In this document: in pieces, positions 31,376 through 40,971 of the stretch
Layout: the number at the start of each line of letters is the position of its first letter
Numbering within the stretch: position 1 is the stretch's first letter
The notes under the pieces: model-generated
Database searches by the model: none
What the model saw: the letters and a program-made list of their open reading frames with translations, nothing else
What the model was told of the DNA's origin: nothing
Assembly (NCBI GenBank): GCA_031272155.1
Contig: JAISUI010000103.1
Location: forward strand, 71-64,070
Source: Tannerella sp.
Lineage (GTDB): Bacteria; Bacteroidota; Bacteroidia; Bacteroidales; Tannerellaceae
Direction of reading: 5' to 3'
DNA: 64,000 nt
Position numbers and translations under genes: made by a program

Positions 31376-32599
31376 ATGAAACGAGTATTAGTAATGATTG
31401 GCTTATCTGTGGCAGCGACAGCCGTATTTGCCCAGAAAAAGGCCGTAAGTGAAACGGAACGCATCATTAAGGATAAGGCGCCTAATTATGACGAAGCGCG
31501 CAATCTGATCAAAGGCGCTTTGGAAAATGAGGAAACGAAAGATGATGCGAAGACGTGGTATGTCGCCGGACAGGTGGAAGATACGCAGTTTAATGCTGAA
31601 AACATGAAACTGATGTTGGGTCAACAGCCGAACGAACCCCTAATGTATGATGCGCTGGAAAAAGGACTTCCGTATTTTATCAAAGCGTATGATTTGGATC
31701 AACTTCCGAATGAAAAAGGGAAGGTGAAACCCAAATTTGACAAAAAAATCAAGGGAATACTGAATGCGAATCAAATTTATTTTCTCAATGCAGGCGGTTA
31801 TTATTTTGAAAAACAGGACTATAAAAAAGCGCACAGTTTTTTTGAACAGTACCTGCAAATTGCCGACCTGCCGTTTATGCAAGGAGAAAAAGCCGCAGTC
31901 AGGGATACCAACTTCATGACTGTCCAGTTTTACAATGCTGTGGTATCCACGCAGTTGGGCGATCAAGAACTTTCCATTAAGAACCTGAAACGGGCGAAAG
32001 ATACTCCGTTCCGGCAGTATGACATCTATCAATGGCTTTTCTCTGAATACCAGACGGCTAAAGACACAGCGAATATGGAAAATACGTTGCGGGAAGCCAT
32101 GACCATTTTTCCGGATTCAAGTTATTTTACTCTTTGGTTGATAGATTTATACATCGCTACGGACAAAAATGACGAAGCGATCAACCTGTTGGACGCTGCC
32201 ATAGCCGGAGATGCCGATAATCCGCAGTTGTATTATGCGCGTGGTACGGTTTATGAAAGAGGACTGAAAGATTATGCCAAGGCGGAAGTAGATTTCTTGA
32301 AACAAGTTGAATTAGAGCCGGAAAGCGCGATTGCAAACTCCAATATCGGACGTATCTATTACAACCAGGGAGTGACTTTGTTGCAAGATGCCAATCTCAT
32401 ACAGGATGTAAAACAATATAACGAAGAAAAAAATAAAGCGCTGGATTTATTCAGGAAGGCAATGCCGTATTACCAAAAAGCGAACGGCATTAATCCGAAT
32501 GAAACAGAATATCTTACAGCCTTGCGGGGTATTTATTATAACCTTGACATGGGTAAAGAATTTGATGAAATTGATGCGTTGATGAATAAAGAAAATTGA
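31376..32599 (+). CDS. Exported TPR protein
   Basis: Signal peptide (AVFA-QKK), multiple TPRs; typical gyrA neighbour in Bacteroidales. Confidence 0.85.
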   Translation: MKRVLVMIGLSVAATAVFAQKKAVSETERIIKDKAPNYDEARNLIKGALENEETKDDAKTWYVAGQVEDTQFNAENMKLMLGQQPNEPLMYDALEKGLPYFIKAYDLDQLPNEKGKVKPKFDKKIKGILNANQIYFLNAGGYYFEKQDYKKAHSFFEQYLQIADLPFMQGEKAAVRDTNFMTVQFYNAVVSTQLGDQELSIKNLKRAKDTPFRQYDIYQWLFSEYQTAKDTANMENTLREAMTIFPDSSYFTLWLIDLYIATDKNDEAINLLDAAIAGDADNPQLYYARGTVYERGLKDYAKAEVDFLKQVELEPESAIANSNIGRIYYNQGVTLLQDANLIQDVKQYNEEKNKALDLFRKAMPYYQKANGINPNETEYLTALRGIYYNLDMGKEFDEIDALMNKEN

Positions 32600-32631
32600 G
32601 AAGTATTATTTTAATTTTTAACTTTTGTTTG

Positions 32632-32669
32632 GGTTGCAGGTTTTCGTTGAGAGAATCTGCAATCTTTTT
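32632..32669 (+). terminator. Rho-independent terminator
   Basis: TTGCAGGTTTTC-GTTGA-GAGAATCTGCAA stem then TCTTTTT. Confidence 0.65.
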
Positions 32670-32745
32670 ATCCATTTATCCATCGGTATGATGAACTCGT
32701 TTTCTGTCGGATGAGGATTTAGCAGAGGAGGGTCTAAAAGATTCT

Positions 32746-32773
32746 ACTTAACATAATAGTAATTATGGTTGAA
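32746..32773 (-). other. dif-like XerC/XerD recombination site
   Basis: Minus strand TTCAACCATAA-TTACTA-TTATGTTAAGT; right arm is 10/11 identical to the E. coli XerD arm TTATGTTAAAT; 11-6-11 layout. Confidence 0.7.
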
Positions 32774-32794
32774 ATATTCTTACAAATTAGCCCG

Positions 32795-32867
32795 TGATTC
32801 CGGAGCGATTCGAACGCTCGACCCACAGCTTAGAAGGCTGTTGCTCTATCCTCTGAGCTACGGAACC
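32795..32867 (-). tRNA. tRNA-Arg(TCT)
   Basis: GGTTCCG/CGGAATC acceptor, ACAGC-CTTCTAA-GCTGT anticodon arm, GAGCG-TTCGAAT-CGCTC T arm. Confidence 0.96.
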
Positions 32868-32961
32868 GTTTTCGTTTTTGCGCTGCAAAGATAGCGTTTT
32901 ATTTTAATTCCTGCAAACCCGCATTTGCGTGAAGACTCCGTGACAAAGGCATATTGTTTTT

Positions 32962-34512
32962 TTATGGCTCTATGACCAACCGCCTGAAATCGTCGTCCCG
33001 TCCTTCTTTCCGCGCTTTACAGAGGGCATTATCACGTATTTGCGCCCCGGGGTGTTCTTTGGCAAGGTCTGCTGCATGGGCGGCGATCTTATGCGCAATG
33101 ATGTTTATCTTTTCCTTTCCGGCAATGGATGACATATAATCTTCCGCCGTATTCCCGCCAATGACTGAAGCGCCAAGCCATGCTACCTGCGCACTGCCGA
33201 TAGCCGATGCAATGGCGTCGTGCTGACCGGCAATATCTACGGGGATCGTACCCATGACAAATACCGGTGCGCCCCGTCCGATATACATGTATTCCTTGAC
33301 GACCGATTTGATTTTGTGCAAAGGCACGTGTCCCAGTCCCTCGGCAATAATCTGCACATAATGATCCCATGCTTTTTCGATCAGATTGCGCATTTCGCCC
33401 ATCTCGGCTTGCTGGGCGTGGTCGAAGGAATCATAAATAGAACCGGGACGCAAACCGCTGCCTAATATCAACATAATATCGTAGCGTTGCAAAATCTCGC
33501 ATATATCATCAAAATGTGTATAAAGAAAATTTTCCTCCTTGCGCTTTTTCATCCATTTGCAAAGGATGTTCCCACTGTATGACACCAAGTCCGTCAAACG
33601 TAAATCAATAAGCCTTAGGTGCTTTCTTCTCATGGCCGCAGGGATAAACATAAAATCTACGCCCTGCTCCGCTTGCCGGATCAATGTCTCACGGAAAATC
33701 TCCCAGTTCAGGTTTTCCACTTTCTCATCTGCCTCTATAAATGCCTGATACAATGGACTAACGCCAATTGGCACCGGACAGTTGCGTAAGAGCCATTCAC
33801 GCATTGGTTGAGCGTGTTTATGCGATGAAAGGTCAGTCAGCATGTCACTACCCCACTCACACAGATTAATCATCTGATGCACACTGTTTTCCGCATTATT
33901 ATCGGTCATAATGTTGGTATTGACTTTCACCATAAAACGATTTCCGATAATCATTGGCTCCACTTCGGGATGGTTGATATTGGCGGGAATAACTGCCCGT
34001 CCTGCAGCCACTTCCTTACGTACAAAATCAGGAGTAATGTAAGATTTCAATCCTAAAGCCTCCATTTGTTGGTTTTCGCGAATAGCGACATATTCGACTT
34101 CCGGTGTAATAATGCGCTTTTTAGCATAGTACATCTGAGTGATTGGTTTCCCCGGTTTGGCTATATAGACAGGGTATTGTTGTGGAAAATCGGATTCCTC
34201 CCGTCGCATTTTATTCGGTACAATTTCTTGAATAATAATATCTTTCCGCCGTCCATTCCAAAATTCACGAATCCGCGGAATCCCGTTCCGGAAAACCGGC
34301 TCAAAAGAGGGGTCGGAGTATGGACCGGCTGTATCATACACCGTGACCGGATTATTTTGCTTGGTTTTTTTCGTCCCGTCAGGCGCAGTTACTACCGTGT
34401 CGGAAAGATGTATCTGGCACATTCCAACCCGTATTTTATTGATTGCTCCAAATGCGTACACTTTGTCCGGCTTCTGGTAGCTGACGGTTTCTTCTTCTTT
34501 TTTTAACGACAT
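32962..34512 (-). CDS. ThiC-like protein, probably catalytically inactive (no CX2CX4C tail)
   Basis: ThiC motifs [44 protein letters not shown] present; active-site motifs altered and ORF ends before the Fe-S motif. Confidence 0.85.
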   Translation of the reverse strand: MSLKKEEETVSYQKPDKVYAFGAINKIRVGMCQIHLSDTVVTAPDGTKKTKQNNPVTVYDTAGPYSDPSFEPVFRNGIPRIREFWNGRRKDIIIQEIVPNKMRREESDFPQQYPVYIAKPGKPITQMYYAKKRIITPEVEYVAIRENQQMEALGLKSYITPDFVRKEVAAGRAVIPANINHPEVEPMIIGNRFMVKVNTNIMTDNNAENSVHQMINLCEWGSDMLTDLSSHKHAQPMREWLLRNCPVPIGVSPLYQAFIEADEKVENLNWEIFRETLIRQAEQGVDFMFIPAAMRRKHLRLIDLRLTDLVSYSGNILCKWMKKRKEENFLYTHFDDICEILQRYDIMLILGSGLRPGSIYDSFDHAQQAEMGEMRNLIEKAWDHYVQIIAEGLGHVPLHKIKSVVKEYMYIGRGAPVFVMGTIPVDIAGQHDAIASAIGSAQVAWLGASVIGGNTAEDYMSSIAGKEKINIIAHKIAAHAADLAKEHPGAQIRDNALCKARKEGRDDDFRRLVIEP

Positions 34513-34681
34513 TACTCTATATATTAGTACTGCATAAAACAGCTATCTCCTCTTTACATTTCGGCGTCAAAAGTAAGATATTCAAGAAAATTGACAAAAT
34601 GATTTATGTTAAAAAAATACAGTCTTCCTGTTTTAGCAAAACAAAGATTCGGAGGAATTTTGCAATAATCAAATAAATCAT

Positions 34682-34689
34682 TACTTTTG
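34682..34689 (+). promoter_or_regulatory. -7 promoter box TACTTTTG
   Basis: TAnnTTTG 25 nt upstream of the DUF4290 start. Confidence 0.6.
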
Positions 34690-34713
34690 CAGCCTCATTA
34701 GATAGATTTAGAG

Positions 34714-35313
34714 ATGAAATACAACACAGCAGTAAAGCGATTGGTTCTGCCTGATTATGGACGAAATATCCAAAACATGGTAGATTATTGCGTTTCGATC
34801 GAAGACAGGAACGAACGCAACCGGTGCGCCAACACCATTATTAATATTATGGGTAATATGTTCCCGCATCTGCGGGATGTCAATGATTTCAAACATATTC
34901 TGTGGGATCATTTAGCTATTATGTCCGATTTCAAATTGGATGTGGACTATCCCTATGATATTATCCGGAAGGAAAATCTGTATAAACGACCGGCTCAGTT
35001 GCCCTACAACAATTCCAGGATTACGTACCGACATTACGGTAAAACGCTCGAACAAATGATTCTCAAAGCGACTGAAATGGAAGATGGCACCCAGAAAAAT
35101 GTATTAATCAAACTGTTGGCCAATCAGATGAAAAAATTGTTCATCATCTGGAATAAAGACAGTGTGGATGATCACAAGATTTTGAAAGACTTGTACGAAC
35201 TGTCGGGCGGAAAGATAAACCTGAACGAAGATACATACAAACTGATTGAAAGCAAGGATTTTCATAATCGAAGCAACAATAATAAAAAATCGTATGCGCG
35301 TACAGGCCGATGA
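34714..35313 (+). CDS. DUF4290 domain protein
   Basis: YNT...L.LP.YGRNIQNMV, HILWDHLAIMSDFKLDVDYPY, RHYGK, WNKD. Confidence 0.9.
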   Translation: MKYNTAVKRLVLPDYGRNIQNMVDYCVSIEDRNERNRCANTIINIMGNMFPHLRDVNDFKHILWDHLAIMSDFKLDVDYPYDIIRKENLYKRPAQLPYNNSRITYRHYGKTLEQMILKATEMEDGTQKNVLIKLLANQMKKLFIIWNKDSVDDHKILKDLYELSGGKINLNEDTYKLIESKDFHNRSNNNKKSYARTGR

Positions 35314-35828
35314 ATGAAGAACTCTGTCCGATTGGGCGATTTACAAAATTGCACGGGATTAAGGGAGAATTATCCTTAACGACAACCATGCCCGATGTAT
35401 TTGACGGTGTGAAAGAGCCTTACATCGTTTGTGAAATGGACAGTATCCCTGTTCCGTTTTATATTGAATCGTTTCGCCCTAAAGGACAGGCGGCTTTATT
35501 AGTGAAATTGGAACGTATTGACGATATGGTTTCGGCCGGACGCTTGCTTCACCATACGGTTTATGTTCCGTTAAAAGCGTTGAAATCACAACAGGCAAAG
35601 GAAACGGAATGGCAACGGTATGAAGGTTATACGCTGGAAGACGAAAAATCAGGCGTGTTGGGTCATATCACATTTGTTGATGAAACAACGATAAACAGAC
35701 TTTTCCACGTGAACTGTCACGGCAGGGAATTGTTAGTTCCGGCCGCCGGAGAGTTGATACGTTCAGTAAACCGGCGGACAAAAAAATTGACACTTTCACT
35801 TCCCGACGGACTGATCGAATTATCTTGA
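35310..35828 (+). CDS. rimM: Ribosome maturation factor RimM
   Basis: IGRFTKLHGIKGEL, VPFYIE, ELLVP, LPDGLIEL. Confidence 0.9.
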   Translation: MNEELCPIGRFTKLHGIKGELSLTTTMPDVFDGVKEPYIVCEMDSIPVPFYIESFRPKGQAALLVKLERIDDMVSAGRLLHHTVYVPLKALKSQQAKETEWQRYEGYTLEDEKSGVLGHITFVDETTINRLFHVNCHGRELLVPAAGELIRSVNRRTKKLTLSLPDGLIELS

Positions 35829-35838
35829 ATTTGGACTC

Positions 35839-36708
35839 ATGGCAAAAAGGCAACAGAAAAAGAAAAAATCCCTCTGGAAACGGCTCAGATTCAAATATAA
35901 ACTGTCGTTCTTCAACGAATCCACACTGGAAGAGGTATGGTCGTTCCGTATCTCTCAATTATCGGCCTTCCTGACATTTTTTCTGATTGCTTTCTTCCTG
36001 ATTTTCATTACTTCATTAGTGATTATTCGGACGCCTATCCGTAATTATTTGCCCGGTTACCTGCCCTCGGAGGTGCGCAATACAATTATAATGAATGCAT
36101 TAAAAGCGGATTCGCTTGAAAATCAACTCCGTGTACAGTCCAAATATATTGATAACATATCAGCCATATTGACGGGCAACATGAAGGTGGATTCCATTCA
36201 ACCGCTGGACTCAACTTCTTATATTCAAGCAGATTATGATATTCCCCGTTCGGAAGAAGAAACTAATTTCGTGCAGTCGTTTGAAGAAACGGAAAAATAT
36301 AACCTGACAGAGTTGAACCCGAATCCAATAGCTACGGAAGGTCTATTTTTTTATAAACCAGTAAACGGCATTATATCTGCACATTATGATGCCGAAATAC
36401 GTCATTACGGCATTGATCTTGTAGCCCGTTCCAAGGAAAGCGTACTGGCGACACTGGAAGGAACCGTAATCTATACCGGCGACGATCCGAAATACGGAAA
36501 TGTCATCGGCCTGCAACATAAGAACGGTTTCGTATCCATCTATAAACACAACGAGGTGCTATTGAAAGAACCTGGAGATCATGTAGTTGCCGGCGAGGCT
36601 ATCGCAATCATCGGCAATACGGGAAACCTTTCCACCGGGCCGCATCTCCATTTTGAATTGTGGCACAAAGGTGCTCCTGTGAATCCAGAAGAATATATAG
36701 CATTTTGA
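35839..36708 (+). CDS. M23 family metallopeptidase
   Basis: N-terminal TM, HYGID, YKH, GPHLHFELW. Confidence 0.93.
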   Translation: MAKRQQKKKKSLWKRLRFKYKLSFFNESTLEEVWSFRISQLSAFLTFFLIAFFLIFITSLVIIRTPIRNYLPGYLPSEVRNTIIMNALKADSLENQLRVQSKYIDNISAILTGNMKVDSIQPLDSTSYIQADYDIPRSEEETNFVQSFEETEKYNLTELNPNPIATEGLFFYKPVNGIISAHYDAEIRHYGIDLVARSKESVLATLEGTVIYTGDDPKYGNVIGLQHKNGFVSIYKHNEVLLKEPGDHVVAGEAIAIIGNTGNLSTGPHLHFELWHKGAPVNPEEYIAF

Positions 36709-36710
36709 TT

Positions 36711-37877
36711 ATGAGGAAATTAGCAATATTGGGTTCGACAGGTTCCATTGGGACGCAGGCGCTGGAAGTGGTTAGCGAACATCCCGATTTGTTTGAAGTA
36801 TATGCTCTGACTGCTAATAATCAAGTGGATATACTGATTGAACAGGCGCGAAAATACATGCCTGAAGCCGTAGTAATTGCCAACGAAGCAAAATATCATC
36901 TCCTGAAAGAGGCTCTGAGCGATCTTCCTATCAAAGTCTGGGCTGGCGCCGGTGCGATTGCGGATGTTGCAGCGATGGCGCCGGTGGACATGGTGCTTAC
37001 GGCGATGGTTGGCTATGCCGGCCTCCAACCCACCATCGCAGCCATCAGGGCGGGAAAAGCGATTGCATTAGCCAACAAGGAAACATTAGTCGTTGCCGGA
37101 GAGCTAATCACTTCGCTGGCAAACGAATATCATGCACCCATTATTCCGGTGGATTCGGAACATTCGGCCATATTCCAATGTTTAACAGGCGAATACAATA
37201 ATCCACCGGAAAAAATCATTCTGACAGCTTCCGGTGGACCGTTCCGTACAAAAACGTTGGACGAATTACGATACGTCACGAAGAACGAAGCCTTGAAACA
37301 TCCTAACTGGAACATGGGCGCGAAAGTGACTATTGATTCGGCTTCTATGATGAACAAAGGATTTGAAATGATCGAAGCGAAATGGCTGTTTGGCTTATCG
37401 CCCGAGCAAATACAGATCCTTGTGCATCCCCAATCCATCATCCATTCCATGGTGCAGTTTGAAGACGGATCGGTGCTTGCCCAATTGGGTGTTCCCGACA
37501 TGAAATTGCCTATTGCCTACGCTTTTTCCTATCCTAAACGGATGAAAAGCCAGGCTGCACGGTTAGATTTCAGGCAATATACAACACTGACATTTGAAGA
37601 TCCGGACATGCAACGTTTTCGTAATCTTGCATTTGCATTTGAGGCCATACGAAGGGGCGGTAATATGCCCTGCATCTTGAATGCGGCCAACGAAATAGCC
37701 GTGGCGGCATTTCTGGAAGAAAAAACAGACTTTCTCCGGATGAGCGATGTGATTGAGCAGACGATGATGCGAATGCCTTTCATCGCCTGTCCTGCGTATG
37801 AAGATTATGTACAAACCGACCGGGAAGCGCGTGAAATCGCCTCCTTGTTTATTAAAAATAAAACAAACAAATTATAA
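36711..37877 (+). CDS. dxr: 1-deoxy-D-xylulose 5-phosphate reductoisomerase
   Basis: LGSTGSIG, LANKET, PVDSEHSA, TASGGPF, DSASMMNKG; start moved to ATG 36711. Confidence 0.98.
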   Translation: MRKLAILGSTGSIGTQALEVVSEHPDLFEVYALTANNQVDILIEQARKYMPEAVVIANEAKYHLLKEALSDLPIKVWAGAGAIADVAAMAPVDMVLTAMVGYAGLQPTIAAIRAGKAIALANKETLVVAGELITSLANEYHAPIIPVDSEHSAIFQCLTGEYNNPPEKIILTASGGPFRTKTLDELRYVTKNEALKHPNWNMGAKVTIDSASMMNKGFEMIEAKWLFGLSPEQIQILVHPQSIIHSMVQFEDGSVLAQLGVPDMKLPIAYAFSYPKRMKSQAARLDFRQYTTLTFEDPDMQRFRNLAFAFEAIRRGGNMPCILNAANEIAVAAFLEEKTDFLRMSDVIEQTMMRMPFIACPAYEDYVQTDREAREIASLFIKNKTNKL

Positions 37878-37882
37878 ATAAT

Positions 37883-39211
37883 ATGGAAACATTTTTTATT
37901 AAAGCGATCCAATTGATTTTGAGTTTATCCATCCTTGTACTTGTCCACGAATTTGGGCATTTCCTGTTTGCACGTATCTTCAAAGTCAGGGTGGAAAAAT
38001 TTTATTTGTTCTTTGATCCCTGGTTCTCGCTGTTCAAATTCAAGCCCAAAAACGGTGAAACGGAATATGGTGTCGGCTGGTTGCCATTGGGTGGATATTG
38101 CAAGATTTCCGGCATGATAGACGAATCCATGGATAAAGAACAATTGGCGCAACCGCCTCAACCATACGAATTTCGTTCCAAACCGGCTGGGCCGCGCCTG
38201 ATGATTATGGTGGCAGGAGTTGTGTTTAATTTCCTGTTGGCGCTGTTCATTTATTCGATGGTGCTTTTTACGTGGGGTGATACCTACGTGCCGTTGAAGA
38301 ACGTGAAAATGGGCATGGCCTATAGCGATACGTTCAAAAAGATCGGATTTTGTGATGGAGACATTCTTCTCAACGCTGATAATAAGGAACTTGTAAGATT
38401 TGGCGCAGACGCCTTCCGCGCTGTGATAAATGCAAAAGAAATAACCGTTCTGCGCGACGGAGAAACGGTAACGATCCCTATACCCGACGATATTATGCAG
38501 CGCGTGATGCAGGACAAACAGGGTTTTGCAGCCGAACGCTTCCCTATGGTCATAGACAAAGTAATGGACGACCTACAACATGCCTCTGCCGCTGTATTGC
38601 GGCATGGCGACAGTATAGTTTCTGTTAACAGAATCCCGACGCCAAGTTATTTCGACGTAGTGGAATTGCTGCAAAGCAATAAGGGACAAACAGTTGAACT
38701 CGGCTTCTATCGCGAAGGAAACTTCCAGGACGCCTCAATACAGGTTGATTCTTTGGGTGTGATGGGCGTTTATCCGATGAAAATATCGGATATATACGAA
38801 ACGGTTACGATAAGGTATGGTTTTCTGGAATCATTCCCGGCCGGTATTATGCTTGGAGTCAATACCTTGAAGGGATACGTCAGTGACATGAAATATGTCT
38901 TTACGAAAGAAGGCGTTACGAGCCTGGGGGGATTTGGGGCAATTGGAAATTTGTTTCCTGCCGTATGGCACTGGCGAACATTCTGGATGATGACGGCATT
39001 TCTGTCTATTATTCTGGCATTTATGAACATTTTGCCGATCCCGGCTTTGGATGGCGGCCACGTTCTGTTCCTGCTATATGAAGTCATCACACGACGTAAA
39101 CCGAGCGACAAGTTCCTGGAATATGCACAAATAGCCGGTATGGTCATTCTGATTGCCCTGCTAATTTATGCCAATGGAAATGACATCTTTAATTTTTTCT
39201 TTAAGAAATAA
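37883..39211 (+). CDS. rseP: RIP metalloprotease RseP
   Basis: HEFGH, PLGGYCKI, PDZ region, NILPIPALDGGH. Confidence 0.96.
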   Translation: METFFIKAIQLILSLSILVLVHEFGHFLFARIFKVRVEKFYLFFDPWFSLFKFKPKNGETEYGVGWLPLGGYCKISGMIDESMDKEQLAQPPQPYEFRSKPAGPRLMIMVAGVVFNFLLALFIYSMVLFTWGDTYVPLKNVKMGMAYSDTFKKIGFCDGDILLNADNKELVRFGADAFRAVINAKEITVLRDGETVTIPIPDDIMQRVMQDKQGFAAERFPMVIDKVMDDLQHASAAVLRHGDSIVSVNRIPTPSYFDVVELLQSNKGQTVELGFYREGNFQDASIQVDSLGVMGVYPMKISDIYETVTIRYGFLESFPAGIMLGVNTLKGYVSDMKYVFTKEGVTSLGGFGAIGNLFPAVWHWRTFWMMTAFLSIILAFMNILPIPALDGGHVLFLLYEVITRRKPSDKFLEYAQIAGMVILIALLIYANGNDIFNFFFKK

Positions 39212-39227
39212 CTGTCATTGATTGCAC

Positions 39228-39264
39228 AAAAAAGTGAGGCTGAACCAATCGGTCAGCCTCACTT
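39228..39264. terminator. Terminator between convergent genes
   Basis: 12-bp stem AAGTGAGGCTGA / TCAGCCTCACTT with an A run on the left (U tail for the minus-strand transcript). Confidence 0.8.
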
Positions 39265-39285
39265 AATATATACTATTTTAAAGGT

Positions 39286-40968
39286 TTAATTGCCTCCGCA
39301 TTTATCGTTCCAAAGATTTAGCAATAAACGTTCTACCTCTTTATCTTTCGTCAATTGATAAGCTATATAAATGTCTTTGCAATGATTGTTGCTAACAGGA
39401 CATTTATATTTATTATATACATCCCGAAGATGATGCAATTTAGCATCTATGGTTATTGCTTTATCAAGATCTTCAAGTGCATTGGGCAAAGTGTTACGGA
39501 AATTCATATACAAAAACGCCCTGTTTTTATAGGCTGTGGCGCTATTGGGATTCGTTTCAATTGCTTTGCTGAAATATTCAATAGCCTTGCTGTTGTCCGA
39601 TTCGCGGAATGAAATGATTCCTAATGCAATCAACACGTCCACATCATTGGGATTTTCTTCAAGAATTTCCAACAGAATGGATTTAGATTTTTCCATATCC
39701 GTCTCTATGATAGCAATTGCCAATTCTTTTCGGATATCGTCAAAGTTTACATTCGGAGATTCCCGAAATTTATCCAGGTTAATACCCTTGAATTGCCATT
39801 TACTTGTCTTACAGTTCCATATAACGTCTATGTCTTGAGGTTTTTCCCTGATGATCGGAAAATGAACCTTGAATTGCCAGAAATATGGCCCGATTTTATC
39901 TTGCTCCGAATACGTAAGGTTGTATTGCCGATCAAGCGTCTTATCCTTCTCATGATGCGTCTTGTCCAGAATCATAAAGCCCTTATCCGGTTTATACAGT
40001 TGCCGCCATATTTCCAGGTTTATTCCGGTGAGATCCAGATTCTTATAAGTCATATACAACGTAGTTGCCGTTTCTCCGAAATCAATTGCATTCAACACCA
40101 ACTCGTCATCTATGTCGGAAGGAATATTCAGGATGATGAAATCGCCATTTTTAGAATTAAATTTGGGATTATTCTTCACAAAATCATTTTCCACCATTGC
40201 CAGGATTTTCTCCTTGTCCACCAGCATACCAAAATTCAAGTTTTGTCCTGATTCATCGCTGCCTTTGGCCACTGCAAAGACTTCAAACCGCTCGTTCATG
40301 ATCGCACTTCCGCTACTTCCCTGCGAAAAAGGAACTGTAATCTGCACCATTTCTCCTTTCGCCGGAGTGGTGGCCTCCCGTTTCCTGTCTTCCCGGAAAG
40401 AGGCTACTACTCCGTCCGAAAAAGAATTTCTCCAGCCATGCGGATTACCGATATTATACACCTTCCCGCCTATCTGTACCGGAGCATCTGCAAACTTCAA
40501 CGTCGAGAACTGTTTGTTCTCCGAACCGGCTATCCGGAACACAGCAATATCCCAGTCCTTATCCGACGATATTACCTGTTTGATTTCATGACTTGTCCCG
40601 TCCGACAGTACGACAAAAGCCTTAACGGATTTATCCAATACATGATAATTTGTAATGCCTACACCATCGCTCTGGATAAAAAAGCCGGAACCGTATCCGG
40701 AAGGTCTTCCATACTTATTATACGTATAAATGATAAACGTTGCGTCAGTCGCTTTATCAATATCCGACTTGTTTGGAGATTCGTCCGAAGACTTTTCAGG
40801 TTTCTTCTTTGACGGTTCGTCGTCGTCCAAAACCAATCCGTTATCTTGCTGATGGTTTGTTGTGGCTGAAACCTGTTTGTCCGAGTCTTTCGATTTTTTT
40901 GTGCATTTGCACGAATACAACGTCACACAAATACTAAAAACACTTAAATAAATAAACCACTTTTTCAT
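39286..40968 (-). CDS. Trypsin-like serine protease lipoprotein with C-terminal TPRs
   Basis: Lipobox LYSC; triad motifs GSGF..ITNYHV, DIAV, SQGSSGS; TPR helices at the C-terminus. Confidence 0.88.
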   Translation of the reverse strand: MKKWFIYLSVFSICVTLYSCKCTKKSKDSDKQVSATTNHQQDNGLVLDDDEPSKKKPEKSSDESPNKSDIDKATDATFIIYTYNKYGRPSGYGSGFFIQSDGVGITNYHVLDKSVKAFVVLSDGTSHEIKQVISSDKDWDIAVFRIAGSENKQFSTLKFADAPVQIGGKVYNIGNPHGWRNSFSDGVVASFREDRKREATTPAKGEMVQITVPFSQGSSGSAIMNERFEVFAVAKGSDESGQNLNFGMLVDKEKILAMVENDFVKNNPKFNSKNGDFIILNIPSDIDDELVLNAIDFGETATTLYMTYKNLDLTGINLEIWRQLYKPDKGFMILDKTHHEKDKTLDRQYNLTYSEQDKIGPYFWQFKVHFPIIREKPQDIDVIWNCKTSKWQFKGINLDKFRESPNVNFDDIRKELAIAIIETDMEKSKSILLEILEENPNDVDVLIALGIISFRESDNSKAIEYFSKAIETNPNSATAYKNRAFLYMNFRNTLPNALEDLDKAITIDAKLHHLRDVYNKYKCPVSNNHCKDIYIAYQLTKDKEVERLLLNLWNDKCGGN

Positions 40969-40971
40969 AAC

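Noticed and set aside
34515-34700. TPP riboswitch upstream of the thiC-like gene
   Set aside because: No CTGAGA/CCTGA core motifs and the promoter is too close to the start
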